A DNA stretch of 64,000 nt from Bryobacterales bacterium. GTDB taxonomy: Bacteria; Acidobacteriota; Terriglobia; Bryobacterales; Bryobacteraceae. Within the stretch, counting starts at the first letter, position 1; the number at the start of each line of letters is the position of its first letter. The stretch covers positions 136,825-200,824 of the forward strand of contig CAVPSN010000017.1 in NCBI GenBank assembly GCA_963708385.1, in the 5' to 3' direction. Shown piece by piece: positions 34,514 through 45,713 of the stretch. The notes below the pieces were generated by a model. That model searched no databases, had not been told where the DNA came from, and saw nothing but the letters and a program-made list of their open reading frames with translations. Both the position numbers and the translations under genes were made by a program.

Positions 34514-36145
34514 TTACCGCGCCGCAACGGGCGCCGGCATCGTCTCCTTGTTGAATCGCGGCATCATCTGATCGCGATTGGCGACAAACCACACGGCTGC
34601 GGCCACTTCCGCGGAGGCTTCCTTCACGTCATCGGGAATGATGCGTTCGTAGGTGTCGAGGTTGGTATGGTGCGTCATGCTGCCGTATTCGATCGGGTCC
34701 TGGCGGAAGCCGATTCCGGGCAGGCCGGCGTTATTGTATGAAGTGCTGTCGGTTCCACCTGTAGCGCGGCTGGTAGTGGTGGTCACTGGGCCAAAGCCCC
34801 AATCCTTGAAGAGCGCGAACACCGGCTCCAGAATGGTCGCTGCTTCGGGTGGTCCGAAGATCCCTGCGCCGCGCAGGCGCCCGGTGCCGGTATCCACATT
34901 GAAATAGCAATCAAGCTTAGCGAATTCGGGTTTGGGATTTTCGAAGGTGCCAAAGTGCGCCTTCACATAAGCGAGCGACCCGAGCAATCCCTCTTCTTCG
35001 CCCGACCACAGCGCCACGCGAATCGTACGTCGGGGCTTGAGGCCAAGGGTTTGAATCAGCCGCGCGGCTTCGAGCATGATCGAGGATCCGATGCCGTTAT
35101 CGGTGGCGCCAGTCGCAGCGTGCCACGAATCGAGGTGCCCGCCCAGCATGACGATTTCGTCCTTCTTATCTGAGCCAGGGATCTCTGCCACCACGTCGTA
35201 GCTGGTCTTGCCCTCGGGAAAGATCTTATTCTCGATGTTGAACTCGAGCTTGACGTCGTCTTTGTCGTCGAGTAATCGCTCGATGCGGCCGTAATCGTCG
35301 TTGCGCAGGATGACGGTAGGCACGGTCTTTTCGGGCGCGTAGTTCGGGTTCTGTTGTGCCACGATGATGCCTTGGCCGCGCGCCGCATCGTTAATGCGCA
35401 CCAATGCGCCGCTCGCGAGAAGCATCGTGTCGATGGCATCGGTGACATGGCGCGCGGTGAGCCGTCCGTCGTTTACGGCGGGGCCGCGTCCGCCACCGCC
35501 GAAGTTGCCGCGGCCTCGTCCGCCGGCGGCGGGGTCGTCAGGCAAACGCTTCTGCGGAGGGTTGAAATCGACGGGAATCACGGCGGCTTTGCCGATCAGC
35601 ACCATCTTGCCTCGCACGGAGCTCTTCACTTGTGCGATCCACTGATCCATCTGGGCCTGCGTCGGGCCGAGGAATTGCGGACCGCCGCGTCCCCCGAATC
35701 CCCCGCCTCCCGCTGCGGCATTGGCCGGCGCGGGAGCTTCCGGACCGCGTGGCGGAATCAACTGAATCGCCGAGCCGGTGACGGTTCCCTTGGTTGAGGG
35801 CGTCCAGGCGAGCACTTCGAACTTCAGGTTCTCTTTGACCGGCGCCGTAATGAATCCGGAGGCGCGCTCGTTGAGCCAGCCGGGATGGCCGAAGTCCCAC
35901 GCTTCCTTGTGGGCGTTCTTCATGCCCCACGCGGTGGTCTCTTTGATGACCCAATCGACGGCGGCTTCGTGGTTAGGCGTACCCGTCATGCGCGGACCGA
36001 AGCGGTCAGTGAGCATGTGCTCAGTGTGCATGATCATGGAGTGTTCCAACTCTTCGCTGCGGATGCGCGCGGAGGTGGCTTCATCGACTTTGTCCTGCGC
36101 CGCGAGGACACAGGTGAAAGCAAAGACGAGGGGCAATTTCTTCAT
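34514..36145 (-). CDS. Secreted M28-family zinc aminopeptidase.
   Basis: Signal peptide MKKLPLVFAFTCVLAA. M28 metal-ligand motifs HLDSWH, GATDNGIG and EEEGLLGS. Confidence 0.8.
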   Translation of the reverse strand: MKKLPLVFAFTCVLAAQDKVDEATSARIRSEELEHSMIMHTEHMLTDRFGPRMTGTPNHEAAVDWVIKETTAWGMKNAHKEAWDFGHPGWLNERASGFITAPVKENLKFEVLAWTPSTKGTVTGSAIQLIPPRGPEAPAPANAAAGGGGFGGRGGPQFLGPTQAQMDQWIAQVKSSVRGKMVLIGKAAVIPVDFNPPQKRLPDDPAAGGRGRGNFGGGGRGPAVNDGRLTARHVTDAIDTMLLASGALVRINDAARGQGIIVAQQNPNYAPEKTVPTVILRNDDYGRIERLLDDKDDVKLEFNIENKIFPEGKTSYDVVAEIPGSDKKDEIVMLGGHLDSWHAATGATDNGIGSSIMLEAARLIQTLGLKPRRTIRVALWSGEEEGLLGSLAYVKAHFGTFENPKPEFAKLDCYFNVDTGTGRLRGAGIFGPPEAATILEPVFALFKDWGFGPVTTTTSRATGGTDSTSYNNAGLPGIGFRQDPIEYGSMTHHTNLDTYERIIPDDVKEASAEVAAAVWFVANRDQMMPRFNKETMPAPVAAR

Positions 36146-36390
36146 ATAGGCATACAGTATAACTGGGAGCGTCGGCTGAATCGGCGCGTGGCGAAGGTCG
36201 TGAAAGCGGCAGCCAGACGATATCGAGCCGCGTACTTAATTCCGGAGATATCGGAGCCGGAGAACGCCGAATCGCCGCGAAGCGCTTTTGCTGGCGAACC
36301 CGTTCGGCATAGATGGAAGGCTGGGTTTCCAAATAGAAGGAAGAACTTGGCTCAGCGCCAGCGCTGCGATTTATCTCTACGATTGCGCCT

Positions 36391-37260
36391 TTACCCCACC
36401 ACTTCCAGAAATGCCTTCGCTGCATGGCTCAGCGCGCGTCGCGTCGGGTAGACAAGCCGAATCTTGCGTTCGACGTGTAACTCATCCACCTTAACCTCGC
36501 GCAGCAGTTTCTGTTCGATCTCCTGCTCGACGCACATGCGCGGAAGGAACGCCACGCCCATGTCGTTCTGCACCAGCTTCCGGATCGCCTCGATGGTCGG
36601 CATCTCCATCCACATGTTTAGCGGGACCTTGTGCGCTTGGAACTCGCGCAGCACCAGGTCGCGATATGGCGAAACCACGTTGTGCGCAATGAAGTTCTCT
36701 TCCCCGAGTTCGGCGATGGGTACGGTCTTGCGGCGCGCCAGGCGATGGCGCGGCGAAACGATCAGCGCTAGAGAATCGGTGAAGATCACCTTGCTTCGGA
36801 TGCGTTCGTCGCCAGGATCGTAACTGATTACGCCCAGCTCCAGGTTGCCGTCGATCAGTTCGTCTGGAATCTTGCTCGATAGACTCCGCCGCACCTGTAC
36901 CTTCACCTTCGGATATAGCTCGCGATAGCGCTCGATATGCTGCAGCAGATAAAGAGTCGTCGATTCGTTGGCTCCGATCGAGAGGCGGCCGGCGGAATTA
37001 TCGCGCAGCTCGGCAAGCGAGTTATCCATTTCGAGCTGCAGGCTCTGGAAGCGGCGAGCGTACTCTAGCACTGTGCGTCCGGCGTCGGTCAAAAGCAGGT
37101 CTTTGCCGGTTCGGTCGATAAGCCGCTCGCCCAATTCGAGCTCCAGGCGCTGCAAGGCGAGCGAAACCGCGGGCTGTGTGCGCAACAGCTTCTCGGCCGC
37201 GCGAGAGAAGCTGCGCTCATTGGCCACCGTCAGGAAAACCTGTAGAGTATGGAGTTCCAT
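36391..37260 (-). CDS. LysR-family transcriptional regulator, divergent from the leu genes.
   Basis: N-terminal HTH MELHTLQVFLTVANERSFSRAAEKLLRTQPAVSLALQRLE plus a LysR substrate-binding domain. Confidence 0.8.
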   Translation of the reverse strand: MELHTLQVFLTVANERSFSRAAEKLLRTQPAVSLALQRLELELGERLIDRTGKDLLLTDAGRTVLEYARRFQSLQLEMDNSLAELRDNSAGRLSIGANESTTLYLLQHIERYRELYPKVKVQVRRSLSSKIPDELIDGNLELGVISYDPGDERIRSKVIFTDSLALIVSPRHRLARRKTVPIAELGEENFIAHNVVSPYRDLVLREFQAHKVPLNMWMEMPTIEAIRKLVQNDMGVAFLPRMCVEQEIEQKLLREVKVDELHVERKIRLVYPTRRALSHAAKAFLEVVG

Positions 37261-37335
37261 GCTATAATTACAATTAATATTGTCCTCCAAGATTATAAAT
37301 TTGCCAAATCTTAAACGTAAGGCCATACTGACTTC
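37261..37335. promoter_or_regulatory. AT-rich divergent promoter/operator region between the LysR gene and the leuA-like gene.
   Basis: 75-bp region at about 25% GC (gctataattacaattaatattgtcctccaagattataaatttgcc). It contains TATAAT-like hexamers and T-N11-A-type dyads. Confidence 0.5.
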
Positions 37336-38508
37336 ATGAGCGACCGCGTATACATTTTCGATACGACCCTGCGCGATGGCGAACAATCGCCAGGATGCAG
37401 CATGACGGTGCCCGAAAAGCTGCGCATGGCGCGCAAACTGGTTGAACTGGGCGTCGACATTCTGGAGGCCGGCTTCCCCATCGCATCCGATGGCGATTTC
37501 GAAGCAGTAGACGCGGTGAGCCGGGAATTCTCCTGGGCAAGCGTTGCCGCGCTGGCGCGATGCTGCACCCTCGATGTGGAGCGCGCCGCGAAGTCGCTGA
37601 GCCACGCCAAACGGCCGCGCATCCATACTTTCATCGCCACCAGCGACATTCACTTGCAATACAAGTTGAAGCGCTCGCGCGAGCAGGTTCTCGACGATGC
37701 GGTGGCAGCGGTGGAACTCGCGCGCCGGCACGTGGACGACGTGGAGTTCTCCGCCGAAGATGGCGCACGCACGGATCCAGATTTCCTCGAGAAAATTTCG
37801 CGCGCGGTCGTGGCCGCGGGCGCCCGAACCGTGAACATTCCCGATACCGTTGGTTACTCCGTGCCGTCAGAATACGCCGCGCTGATTGGACGTGTTGCGA
37901 AGGCGTTAGGCGATAGCGCCGTAGTAAGCGTACACTGCCATGACGATCTGGGTCTCGCAGTGGCGAATTCAATCGCAGCCGTAGCCGCCGGTGCGCGTCA
38001 GATCGAATGCACCATCAACGGAATTGGCGAACGCGCCGGCAATTGCTCGCTCGAAGAAGTGGTTATGATCCTCAAGACACGCCAAGATGCGTATCCTTAT
38101 AAGACCGGTATTCACACCGAGCATCTCTTTGGCGCCAGCGAACTGCTGAGTTCGATCATCACTTTCGGGCCGCAACCCAACAAAGCCATTGTGGGCAAGA
38201 ATGCATTCGCTCACGAGGCCGGCATTCATCAGGATGGCTACCTGAAAAACAAGTCGACTTACGAAATTATCGATCCTCAATCGGTGGGCGTGCCCGAGGG
38301 CCGTCTGGTTCTGGGTAAGCACAGTGGACGGCACGCCCTGAATCAACGTGCCAAGGAACTGGGCTTCGACCTGAACCGCGAAGAACTCGACCGCCTTTAT
38401 CATCGCTTCACAGCCGTCGCGGACCACCGCAAGAAGGGCCTGATGGATGAAGAGATCGCGGCCCTGGCAAAGGAGTGCCAGACGGCCGTGGCGGCAGCGG
38501 CAAACTAG
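37336..38508 (+). CDS. Short-form 2-isopropylmalate synthase / citramalate-homocitrate synthase family protein (390 aa, without the LeuA C-terminal regulatory domain).
   Basis: RDGEQSPG...[13 protein letters not shown]...HEAGIH motifs. It heads the leuB-leuC-leuD run. Confidence 0.75.
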   Translation: MSDRVYIFDTTLRDGEQSPGCSMTVPEKLRMARKLVELGVDILEAGFPIASDGDFEAVDAVSREFSWASVAALARCCTLDVERAAKSLSHAKRPRIHTFIATSDIHLQYKLKRSREQVLDDAVAAVELARRHVDDVEFSAEDGARTDPDFLEKISRAVVAAGARTVNIPDTVGYSVPSEYAALIGRVAKALGDSAVVSVHCHDDLGLAVANSIAAVAAGARQIECTINGIGERAGNCSLEEVVMILKTRQDAYPYKTGIHTEHLFGASELLSSIITFGPQPNKAIVGKNAFAHEAGIHQDGYLKNKSTYEIIDPQSVGVPEGRLVLGKHSGRHALNQRAKELGFDLNREELDRLYHRFTAVADHRKKGLMDEEIAALAKECQTAVAAAAN

Positions 38509-38547
38509 CAGTGTAGGCGCCTGTGCGGAGCCCTTTACCTAAATCTC

Positions 38548-39635
38548 ATGGACCTCAACATACTGGTTCTTCCCGGCGACGGTATCGGAACCGAAGTAAC
38601 CCGCGAAGCCGTTCGCGTGCTGCGGCGCGTCGCGGAGAAGTGGAATCACAAACTTCATCTGACCGAAGGCCTGCTCGGCGGAGTGGCGATTCATAAGACT
38701 GGCTCTCCGTTTCCCGATGAAACCGCGCGGTTGGCCTCGGAGGCGGACGCGACTCTGCTAGGCGCTGTGGGATTGCCCGAGTTTGATTCGGCGCCGCCGG
38801 AAAAGCGTCCGGAAAAGGGCCTGTTGGGCATTCGCAAAGCGCTGGGCGTATATGCGAATTTGCGCCCGGTGCGCGCGTACGCATCGCAACTCGATTCTTC
38901 GCCCTTGAAGAATCACCTGGTGGAAGGCGTAGATCTGATTATCGTCCGCGAACTGACGGGCGGAATCTACTATGGAACGCCGCGCGGCATCTCTGGAGAA
39001 GGCGCGGCGGAGCGAGGAGTCAATACCATGACTTATACACGCGCCGAAATCGAGCGCGTTACTCGCATGGCCTTCCACCTGGCGCGCGCGCGAAGGAAGA
39101 AAGTAACTTCGGTGGATAAGTCGAATGTGCTCGAAACCTCACAGTTATGGCGGCGAGTAACCATCGAGATTGCGAAAGATTATCCCGATGTGGAGCTCGA
39201 TCACATTTTGGTCGATAACTGCGCGATGCAGTTGATTTTGAATCCGCGGCGCTTCGACGTGCTGCTGATGGAAAATATGTTCGGCGATATCCTGAGCGAC
39301 GAAGGCGCGGTGTTGGCAGGCTCGATCGGCATGCTGCCTTCGGCCTCTATCGGCGACCGCCGTCCGAATGGCGTGTGGGTGGGCCTATATGAACCGGTGC
39401 ACGGATCCGCGCCCGGACATCGCGGGTCAAAACAAAGCCAACCCTCTCGGCGCCATCGGGTCGGCTGGGCGCTATGCTGGAATATAGCTTCGGATTGAAG
39501 GAAGAGGCCGCCGCGGTGGATCGCGCGATTGAAGCCGTGCTGAAGAGCGGCCGCGTCACGGCCGATTTGAAGCCCGCGGGCAAGCCGGCGACGACTGAAG
39601 AAGTGGGCGAAGCGGTCTGCGCCGCAATTGGATAA
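38548..39635 (+). pseudogene. leuB: 3-isopropylmalate dehydrogenase LeuB. The C-terminus is reached only across two indels near 39413 and 39468.
   Basis: LPGDGIGTEV, ...NLRP..., ...DKSNVLETSQLWRR... The true C-terminus ...AMLLEYSFGLKEEAAAVDRAIEAV... lies in a third frame. Confidence 0.75.
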
Positions 39636-39638
39636 GTT

Positions 39639-41039
39639 ATGCCAAAGACAATTATCGAGAAGCTTTGGGACGCGCACGTCGTACATGAACAAGCGGGTGC
39701 GCCTACGCTTTTGTTTATCGACCTCCACTTAGTACACGAGGTCACTTCGCCGCAGGCTTTTGACGGCTTGCGCGCGCGCGGCATCAAAGTTCGGCGTCCC
39801 GATCTCACCATTGCGACAGCCGACCACAGCATCCCCACCACGGATCGTTCACTGCCAATTCTCGACCCCATCGCGGCCAACCAACTCGCTCAGCTAGAGA
39901 TCAATTGCAAAGAATTCGGCATCCGATTGTTGGGAGTCCACAGCGATAAACAAGGAATCGTACACGTGATAGGCCCGGAACTGGGACTGACCCAGCCCGG
40001 AATGACCGTAGTCTGCGGCGATAGTCACACAGCGACGCACGGCGCGTTCGGCTCGCTGGCGTTCGGCATCGGTACCAGCGAGGTGGAGCACGTGCTGGCC
40101 TCGCAATGCCTGCTGCAGCGCCAGTCGAAGACGTTTCAGGTGCGCGTGGATGGCGCGCTTCGGCCGGGCGTTTCCGCCAAGGACATTATCCTCGCGCTGA
40201 TCGCGCAGATCGGCATCGGCGGCGGGACGGGAAGCGTTTTCGAATACACGGGCAGCGCCATCCGCGCGCTTTCCATGGAAGAGCGGATGACCGTGTGCAA
40301 TATGTCGATCGAGGGCGGCGCCCGGGCCGGCATGGTTGCGCCGGACGATACGACGTTCCAGTATCTGGCGGGACGGCCGCATGCGCCGAAGGGCGCGGCA
40401 TGGGAGGCCGCCATCGCGCGGTGGAAACAGTTACCCACGGATGACGGCGCCACTTACGACAGCTCCGTTGCGATCGACGCTAATGCGCTCGAACCGATGA
40501 TCACGTATGGCACCAACCCGGGCATGGGCGTGGCAATCGGCGCGCCGGTTCCGGAGCCATCGAAGCTTTCCGACCCGATGCAGCGCGAGTCGGTCGAGAA
40601 AGCGCTGAAATACATGGGCATTGAGGGCGGGAAGCCGTTGCTCGGGCACGCCGTCGATGTTGTATTTATCGGAAGCTGCACCAACTCGCGCATCAGCGAT
40701 CTGCGATCGGCCGCTCAGGTCCTCAAAGGCCGGAAAGTGAGTCCGAATGTGCGGGTAATGGTGGTGCCGGGTTCACAGGAAGTGAAGCGACAGGCCATTG
40801 CCGAAGGATTGCCCGAGCTATTCCGCGCCGCGGGATGCGAGTGGCGCGAGCCCGGCTGCTCGATGTGCATCGCGATGAATGGCGATCAATTGACGCCGGG
40901 GCAATACGCCGTATCCACCAGCAATCGCAACTTCGAAGGACGGCAGGGCAAGGGCGGGCGTACATTTCTGGCTAGCCCACTGACGGCTGCGGCAAGCGCG
41001 CTTGCCGGCGCGGTCGCCGATGTGAGGACCATTTTATGA
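39639..41039 (+). CDS. leuC: 3-isopropylmalate dehydratase large subunit.
   Basis: Aconitase-family motifs, including the Cys ligands (GSCTNSR..., CSMCIAMN). Intact. Confidence 0.85.
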   Translation: MPKTIIEKLWDAHVVHEQAGAPTLLFIDLHLVHEVTSPQAFDGLRARGIKVRRPDLTIATADHSIPTTDRSLPILDPIAANQLAQLEINCKEFGIRLLGVHSDKQGIVHVIGPELGLTQPGMTVVCGDSHTATHGAFGSLAFGIGTSEVEHVLASQCLLQRQSKTFQVRVDGALRPGVSAKDIILALIAQIGIGGGTGSVFEYTGSAIRALSMEERMTVCNMSIEGGARAGMVAPDDTTFQYLAGRPHAPKGAAWEAAIARWKQLPTDDGATYDSSVAIDANALEPMITYGTNPGMGVAIGAPVPEPSKLSDPMQRESVEKALKYMGIEGGKPLLGHAVDVVFIGSCTNSRISDLRSAAQVLKGRKVSPNVRVMVVPGSQEVKRQAIAEGLPELFRAAGCEWREPGCSMCIAMNGDQLTPGQYAVSTSNRNFEGRQGKGGRTFLASPLTAAASALAGAVADVRTIL

Positions 41040-41638
41040 AGCCGTTCACGAACTTCGAAAGCCGGCTGGTGAAACTGCGGATGAATAATATCGACACCGA
41101 TCAGATTATTCCGGCGCGCTTTCTGAAAACTACGTCGAAGATCGGGTTGGATAAAAACCTCTTCTACGACTGGCGCTACAACGCGAATGGCGAACCGATT
41201 CCGTCGTTCATCCTGAACAAACCGGAATCTCAAGGTGCGCAGGTCTTGCTCGCGGGCGATAATTTCGGCTGCGGAAGTTCGCGCGAGCATGCGCCATGGG
41301 CGCTGACGCAGTTCGGATTCCGCGCTGTCATCAGCACCAGCTTCGCCGACATATTCAAGCAGAATTCGCTGAAGAACTCCTTGCTGCCGATTGTGGTCCC
41401 GGCGGAAGTCCACGCGGTCTTATTCGCCGCGCCGCCTGATGTCATGGTCCAAATCGATCTTGCGAAACAAACCCTGACGACGCCAGACGGCCGCGCCGTG
41501 GAGTTTCCCATCGACGAATTCTCGAAGCACTGTCTGCTCGAAGGGGTCGACGAACTCGGTTACATCCTACACCAGGATGCGGCGATCGCAGCGTATGAAA
41601 CCGCGCACCCAGCCATTATCAACGCGTTAGTAGGATAG
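41036..41638 (+). CDS. leuD: 3-isopropylmalate dehydratase small subunit.
   Basis: Aconitase swivel domain ([17 protein letters not shown]). Overlaps leuC by 4 nt. Confidence 0.85.
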   Translation: MKPFTNFESRLVKLRMNNIDTDQIIPARFLKTTSKIGLDKNLFYDWRYNANGEPIPSFILNKPESQGAQVLLAGDNFGCGSSREHAPWALTQFGFRAVISTSFADIFKQNSLKNSLLPIVVPAEVHAVLFAAPPDVMVQIDLAKQTLTTPDGRAVEFPIDEFSKHCLLEGVDELGYILHQDAAIAAYETAHPAIINALVG

Positions 41639-41670
41639 GCTTCCAGCCTGTCCCGGCAAACAAAGCGCGC

Positions 41671-42567
41671 CTACTTCCGCTCATACAACGCCAACGCCTC
41701 CTTCGCTCCAGGCAAATCTAAACCGCCGGCCTCTACTAAACTGCGAAGGAACGCAACGGCCTTCTCCTGCCGCGACGCCCCCAACGCGCGCAACACGGTC
41801 TTTCGAAAGTAAGGCTCTACCGCGTGCGGCAAGGCCTCCAACAAGATATCGACAGCCTCCGCATTTCTCGACGCCCCGAGCGCCAGCGCCGCCTCTTCCT
41901 TCAATTCCGGCGGACCGCCCTCAAGATAGCCCTTCACCAACGGCAGCGCCCGCGCGGGTTCCAAACGCAGCAGCGAATCGAACACCTGACCTGTCACCGC
42001 CGGTTCTTTATCGCCCATCCGCGCTTTCAGGCGCAACAGGAGCGACGCCTCTTCTCCCTCCATCTCGGCAACCGCCCGGAGTGCTTCCACCCGCACCACC
42101 TGTGCTTTATCCGCCATCGCGTCCACTAGAACCCGGAAGACCTCCGCCCGCGGAAGATCGTTGCACGAAACCAGCGCCAGCAGACAAATTCCCCGCAGCG
42201 TTTGCGCGGTATCCTCCTGCCCGTTCCATACCGCTTCCAGTTGCACGTGCCGCGCACCCATCAAAAACGGAGCGTGCTCGCGATAATCGAGATCCACCAG
42301 CGTCTGCGCGATGGCGTTCTTCGCCCAACACTGCGGGTCGCGCTCGACCGGCTTGACGAAAAGGCGATCGAAAGCGCCGAGCAGGTCGGGAATGAGCTGA
42401 CGCAGTTGCAACTCGGCTGTAATCTTCGCGGCCTTTGCCGCAACGAGGTTTACGCGATCGGCAAGACCTTCGCGCAATCGCGGGGCGGCATGCTCGGGTG
42501 AAACGTCACGGAGCGCACTAACTGCATCGACCGCCGCCTCTATGTTGCGTTTGGCCATCGAATCCAT
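41671..42567 (-). CDS. HEAT/PBS-lyase-like repeat protein.
   Basis: Repetitive alpha-helical pairs (...[36 protein letters not shown]...). Confidence 0.55.
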   Translation of the reverse strand: MDSMAKRNIEAAVDAVSALRDVSPEHAAPRLREGLADRVNLVAAKAAKITAELQLRQLIPDLLGAFDRLFVKPVERDPQCWAKNAIAQTLVDLDYREHAPFLMGARHVQLEAVWNGQEDTAQTLRGICLLALVSCNDLPRAEVFRVLVDAMADKAQVVRVEALRAVAEMEGEEASLLLRLKARMGDKEPAVTGQVFDSLLRLEPARALPLVKGYLEGGPPELKEEAALALGASRNAEAVDILLEALPHAVEPYFRKTVLRALGASRQEKAVAFLRSLVEAGGLDLPGAKEALALYERK

Positions 42568-42591
42568 CCTAGAATACAAAGGGAGGCATTA

Positions 42592-43017
42592 ATGAAGCGA
42601 ACGGCAAACGCGCAGTGGCAAGGCGATCTGAAATCGGGCAAGGGCAACATCTCGACGGCCAGCGGAGTGCTGGACAAAACGCAGTATTCGTTCAGTACTC
42701 GTTTTGAAGAGGGGAAGGGAACCAATCCCGAGGAGCTGCTGGCGGCCGCTCACGCAGGGTGCTTTACGATGGCTGTTTCCGCGCAGTTGGGTCAGGCCAA
42801 TCTGACCGCCGAGAGCATCGAAACCCAATGCTCCATCAGCCTCGAAAAGCAGCCGGATGGTTTTTCGATTACCGAAAGCCATCTCGATCTCAAAGCAAAA
42901 GTGCCTGGCGCCACGCAAGAGCAATTCGACAAAGCCATTCAGGCCGCGAAGACGGGTTGCCCGGTGTCGAAGCTGTATAAGACCAACATTACGCTGACCG
43001 CGCAGTTGCTATCGTAA
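42592..43017 (+). CDS. osmC: OsmC/Ohr-family peroxiredoxin-like protein.
   Basis: Two conserved Cys (AHAGCFTMA..., TGCPVSK). Strong RBS AAGGGAGG. Confidence 0.8.
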   Translation: MKRTANAQWQGDLKSGKGNISTASGVLDKTQYSFSTRFEEGKGTNPEELLAAAHAGCFTMAVSAQLGQANLTAESIETQCSISLEKQPDGFSITESHLDLKAKVPGATQEQFDKAIQAAKTGCPVSKLYKTNITLTAQLLS

Positions 43018-43033
43018 AGCGAAAAAGGAACGC

Positions 43034-43441
43034 ATGGCGCTCGACATACAGGAAAATGATCGCGAAGGGATAGCTGTTTTGGAGCTTAAAGGGCGTATTG
43101 TGGTCGGCCCGGAGGCGAGCGCCTTGCGTGAAAAAGTGGCGGCTTTGAACGAGGCCGGCAAGCGCAACCTGGTGCTGAACATGGCTAACGTCGATTTCAT
43201 CGACAGTACCGGTCTGGGAGCGCTCGTGATCTGCGCAACCAGCTTGCGCAAGCACCAAGGCAACATTAAGCTGGTGAACCTGAATCGCCGCAATATCGAA
43301 CTGCTTGTGATGACCAAGTTGGCGACGGTTTTCGAAATCTTCACGGATGAACAGGACGCAGTCAGCAGTTATTATCCCGACCGTAAGATCCAGACATTCG
43401 ACATACTCAGTTTTGTGCAGCATATGAAGAAAGACGAGTGA
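43034..43441 (+). CDS. STAS-domain anti-sigma-factor antagonist (SpoIIAA-like) with a roughly 25-aa C-terminal extension.
   Basis: FIDSTGLGALV phospho-acceptor motif. Confidence 0.7.
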   Translation: MALDIQENDREGIAVLELKGRIVVGPEASALREKVAALNEAGKRNLVLNMANVDFIDSTGLGALVICATSLRKHQGNIKLVNLNRRNIELLVMTKLATVFEIFTDEQDAVSSYYPDRKIQTFDILSFVQHMKKDE

Positions 43442-43443
43442 TC

Positions 43444-43932
43444 ATGGGGACGAGGCACAACCTCACGCCTCTCGAAGCGGGCGCGCCGGCCCCGGAGTTC
43501 CGTTTGCCGCGGCTCGATGGCGGCGAGACATCGCTTGCGGAAATCGAAGCCGCGGGGCTGGCGCTGCTGGCGTTCTTTAAGATTTCGTGTCCGGTTTGCC
43601 AGCTTGCCTTTCCGTTTCTCGAACGTCTGCACCGGCCGGGGACGCTGCCGGTTTACGGCGTCTCACAAAACAACGCTCACGATACGCGTGAGTTTGCGAA
43701 GCGGTATGGCGTTACGTTTCCTATGCTGCTCGATCTCGAAAGCTCCGGGTTTCCTGTGAGCAACGCGTATGGCCTCACCAACGTTCCGACGCTCTATTTG
43801 ATCGAGCCAGACGGATTGATCGCGCAAACCATTCACGGCTGGAACAAACAGAAAATGGCGGCGTTGGGCGCAACCAGTGGCGTGAGCGTGTTCCGGCCTG
43901 AGGATAACGTGCCGGAATGGAAGGCCGGTTGA
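43444..43932 (+). CDS. Thioredoxin-fold AhpC/TSA-type thiol-disulfide oxidoreductase.
   Basis: CPVC active site in [10 protein letters not shown]. Starts 3 nt after the STAS stop. Confidence 0.7.
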   Translation: MGTRHNLTPLEAGAPAPEFRLPRLDGGETSLAEIEAAGLALLAFFKISCPVCQLAFPFLERLHRPGTLPVYGVSQNNAHDTREFAKRYGVTFPMLLDLESSGFPVSNAYGLTNVPTLYLIEPDGLIAQTIHGWNKQKMAALGATSGVSVFRPEDNVPEWKAG

Positions 43933-43996
43933 GGCTCGCGCAACTAGGCGCCCGGCGGGCGCCCCTCCGAAAATAGTAACCTTAAGTTTCACTCAT

Positions 43997-45439
43997 ATGG
44001 CTGAATCTCCCATTACGCCTCGCGGCGAGGACTTTGCCTCCTGGTATCAAGACGTCGTTCTGCAAGGCGATATGGCGGAGCCCGCCGAAATCGTCAAAGG
44101 CTGCATGGTTATCAAGGCCAACGGCTACGCCGTTTGGGAATTGATGCAGCGCCAATTCGACGATCGCTTCAAAGCCACCGATCACCAGAACGTCTACTTC
44201 CCTCTGCTGATCCCGCAGAGCTTTCTGCGCAAGGAGGCCGAGCACGTGGAAGGTTTCTCGCCCGAGCTCGCCGTCGTGACCATCGCCGGAGGCAAGGAAC
44301 TGGAAGAGCCGTACGTGATCCGTCCGACTTCCGAAACCATCATCGGCCACTTCTTCTCGAAATGGATTCAGAGCTGGCGCGATCTGCCCGTGCTTGTGAA
44401 CCAATGGGCCAACGTTGTGCGGTGGGAGCTGCGCACGCGCATGTTCCTCCGTACCACGGAGTTCCTCTGGCAGGAAGGGCACACCGCGCATTCGAACCAC
44501 GAAGAGGCCCTGGAAGAGGTGCTGCGCATCCTCGATATCTACGCCGATGTGGCGGAGAATATTATGGCCATGCCCGTCATCAAGGGCGCCAAGACGCGCG
44601 CGGAAAAGTTCGCGGGCGCGCTGCGCAGTTATGCCATAGAGGCCATGATGCAGAACGGTCTCGCGCTCCAGGCGGGTACCAGTCACGACTTAGGACAGAA
44701 TTTCGGCAAAGCGTTCGACGTGAAGTTCCAGAGCAAGGAAGGCCAGCTCGATTATGTCTGGCAGACCAGTTGGGGAGTGAGCACGCGGCTGATCGGCGGA
44801 CTGATCATGACGCATTCCGACGATAAAGGTCTTGTCCTGCCGCCTAAGCTTGCGCCCGTGAAGGCGGTGCTGGCGCCGATTTACCGCAAGGATCAGGAGA
44901 AGGAGGCCGTGCTCGAAGCGGCCCACCGCATCGCGAAGGACGTGGGCGCGAAGGTCGATGCGCGCGAGGGCCTATCGCCTGGGGCGAAGTTCTATCACTG
45001 GGAGCGCCGCGGCGTGCCGGTGGTGTTGGAACTGGGTCCGCGCGATCTGGCATCGGGCAACGTAGTGCTGAAGCGGCGCGACACGGGAACGAAAGAGATC
45101 GTTCCTCAAACTCAGCTCGCGACACGTCTGCCCGAGGTTCTCGATCAAATGCAGAAGGATCTCTACGCCGCCGCCAAGCAGCGCCAGAAGGAAAACACGG
45201 TGCTGGCGAATTCGGTGGAGGAAGTCGAAGAAATTCTTCGCGAAGTGAGCGCCGAAAAAGGCGGCGGGAAGTTCGTGATGGCGCACGTTAAAGACGACCC
45301 TTCCGTCGACGCCCGCATGAAGGAGTTCAAAGCCACCGTGCGCTGTATCCCGATGACGGACGAATTCGACGGCGCTGGGAAATGCATCGTGACCGGAGAG
45401 ACGGTGGATCGGCGCGCGGTGATCGCCAAGGCGTATTGA
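43997..45439 (+). CDS. proS: Prolyl-tRNA synthetase, archaeal/eukaryotic-type class II.
   Basis: Class II motifs ([26 protein letters not shown]) and a C-terminal zinc-binding-like domain. Intact. Confidence 0.85.
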   Translation: MAESPITPRGEDFASWYQDVVLQGDMAEPAEIVKGCMVIKANGYAVWELMQRQFDDRFKATDHQNVYFPLLIPQSFLRKEAEHVEGFSPELAVVTIAGGKELEEPYVIRPTSETIIGHFFSKWIQSWRDLPVLVNQWANVVRWELRTRMFLRTTEFLWQEGHTAHSNHEEALEEVLRILDIYADVAENIMAMPVIKGAKTRAEKFAGALRSYAIEAMMQNGLALQAGTSHDLGQNFGKAFDVKFQSKEGQLDYVWQTSWGVSTRLIGGLIMTHSDDKGLVLPPKLAPVKAVLAPIYRKDQEKEAVLEAAHRIAKDVGAKVDAREGLSPGAKFYHWERRGVPVVLELGPRDLASGNVVLKRRDTGTKEIVPQTQLATRLPEVLDQMQKDLYAAAKQRQKENTVLANSVEEVEEILREVSAEKGGGKFVMAHVKDDPSVDARMKEFKATVRCIPMTDEFDGAGKCIVTGETVDRRAVIAKAY

Positions 45440-45713
45440 GAACGAGCTGCGTTATCTAACGGAACCGGCCAGCTCGGACGCATCCAGTCCCGCCGCTCGT
45501 TCCCGTTTGATCTTGACCGAAATCCCGCAGCCAATTTGGAGCCGACAGAGCCAAGCTGCCGGATCAGATCGCGCCCTTCGTCGCACGGGAAATCGTTTGT
45601 TCAGCCTCCCGAAGCCCAAGAACCGCGCCATCGCCTCTCAGCATCTCCGCGTTGGACGGACGTCCCCTATACCACTACGCCATTTCCGCTACACTGATCC
45701 TCCAGAGGTTCCC

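Noticed and set aside
36391-37731. 446-aa ORF call for the LysR gene
   Set aside because: The N-terminal 157 codons run through the divergent promoter and into leuA antisense. The conserved LysR HTH begins at Met-158 (37260).
45507-45713. 69-codon N-terminal extension of the tricorn-like gene
   Set aside because: The extension lacks signal-peptide character, whereas the internal Met at 45714 starts a canonical signal peptide (MRHHLPSAFSAALFLAAGAFAQ).
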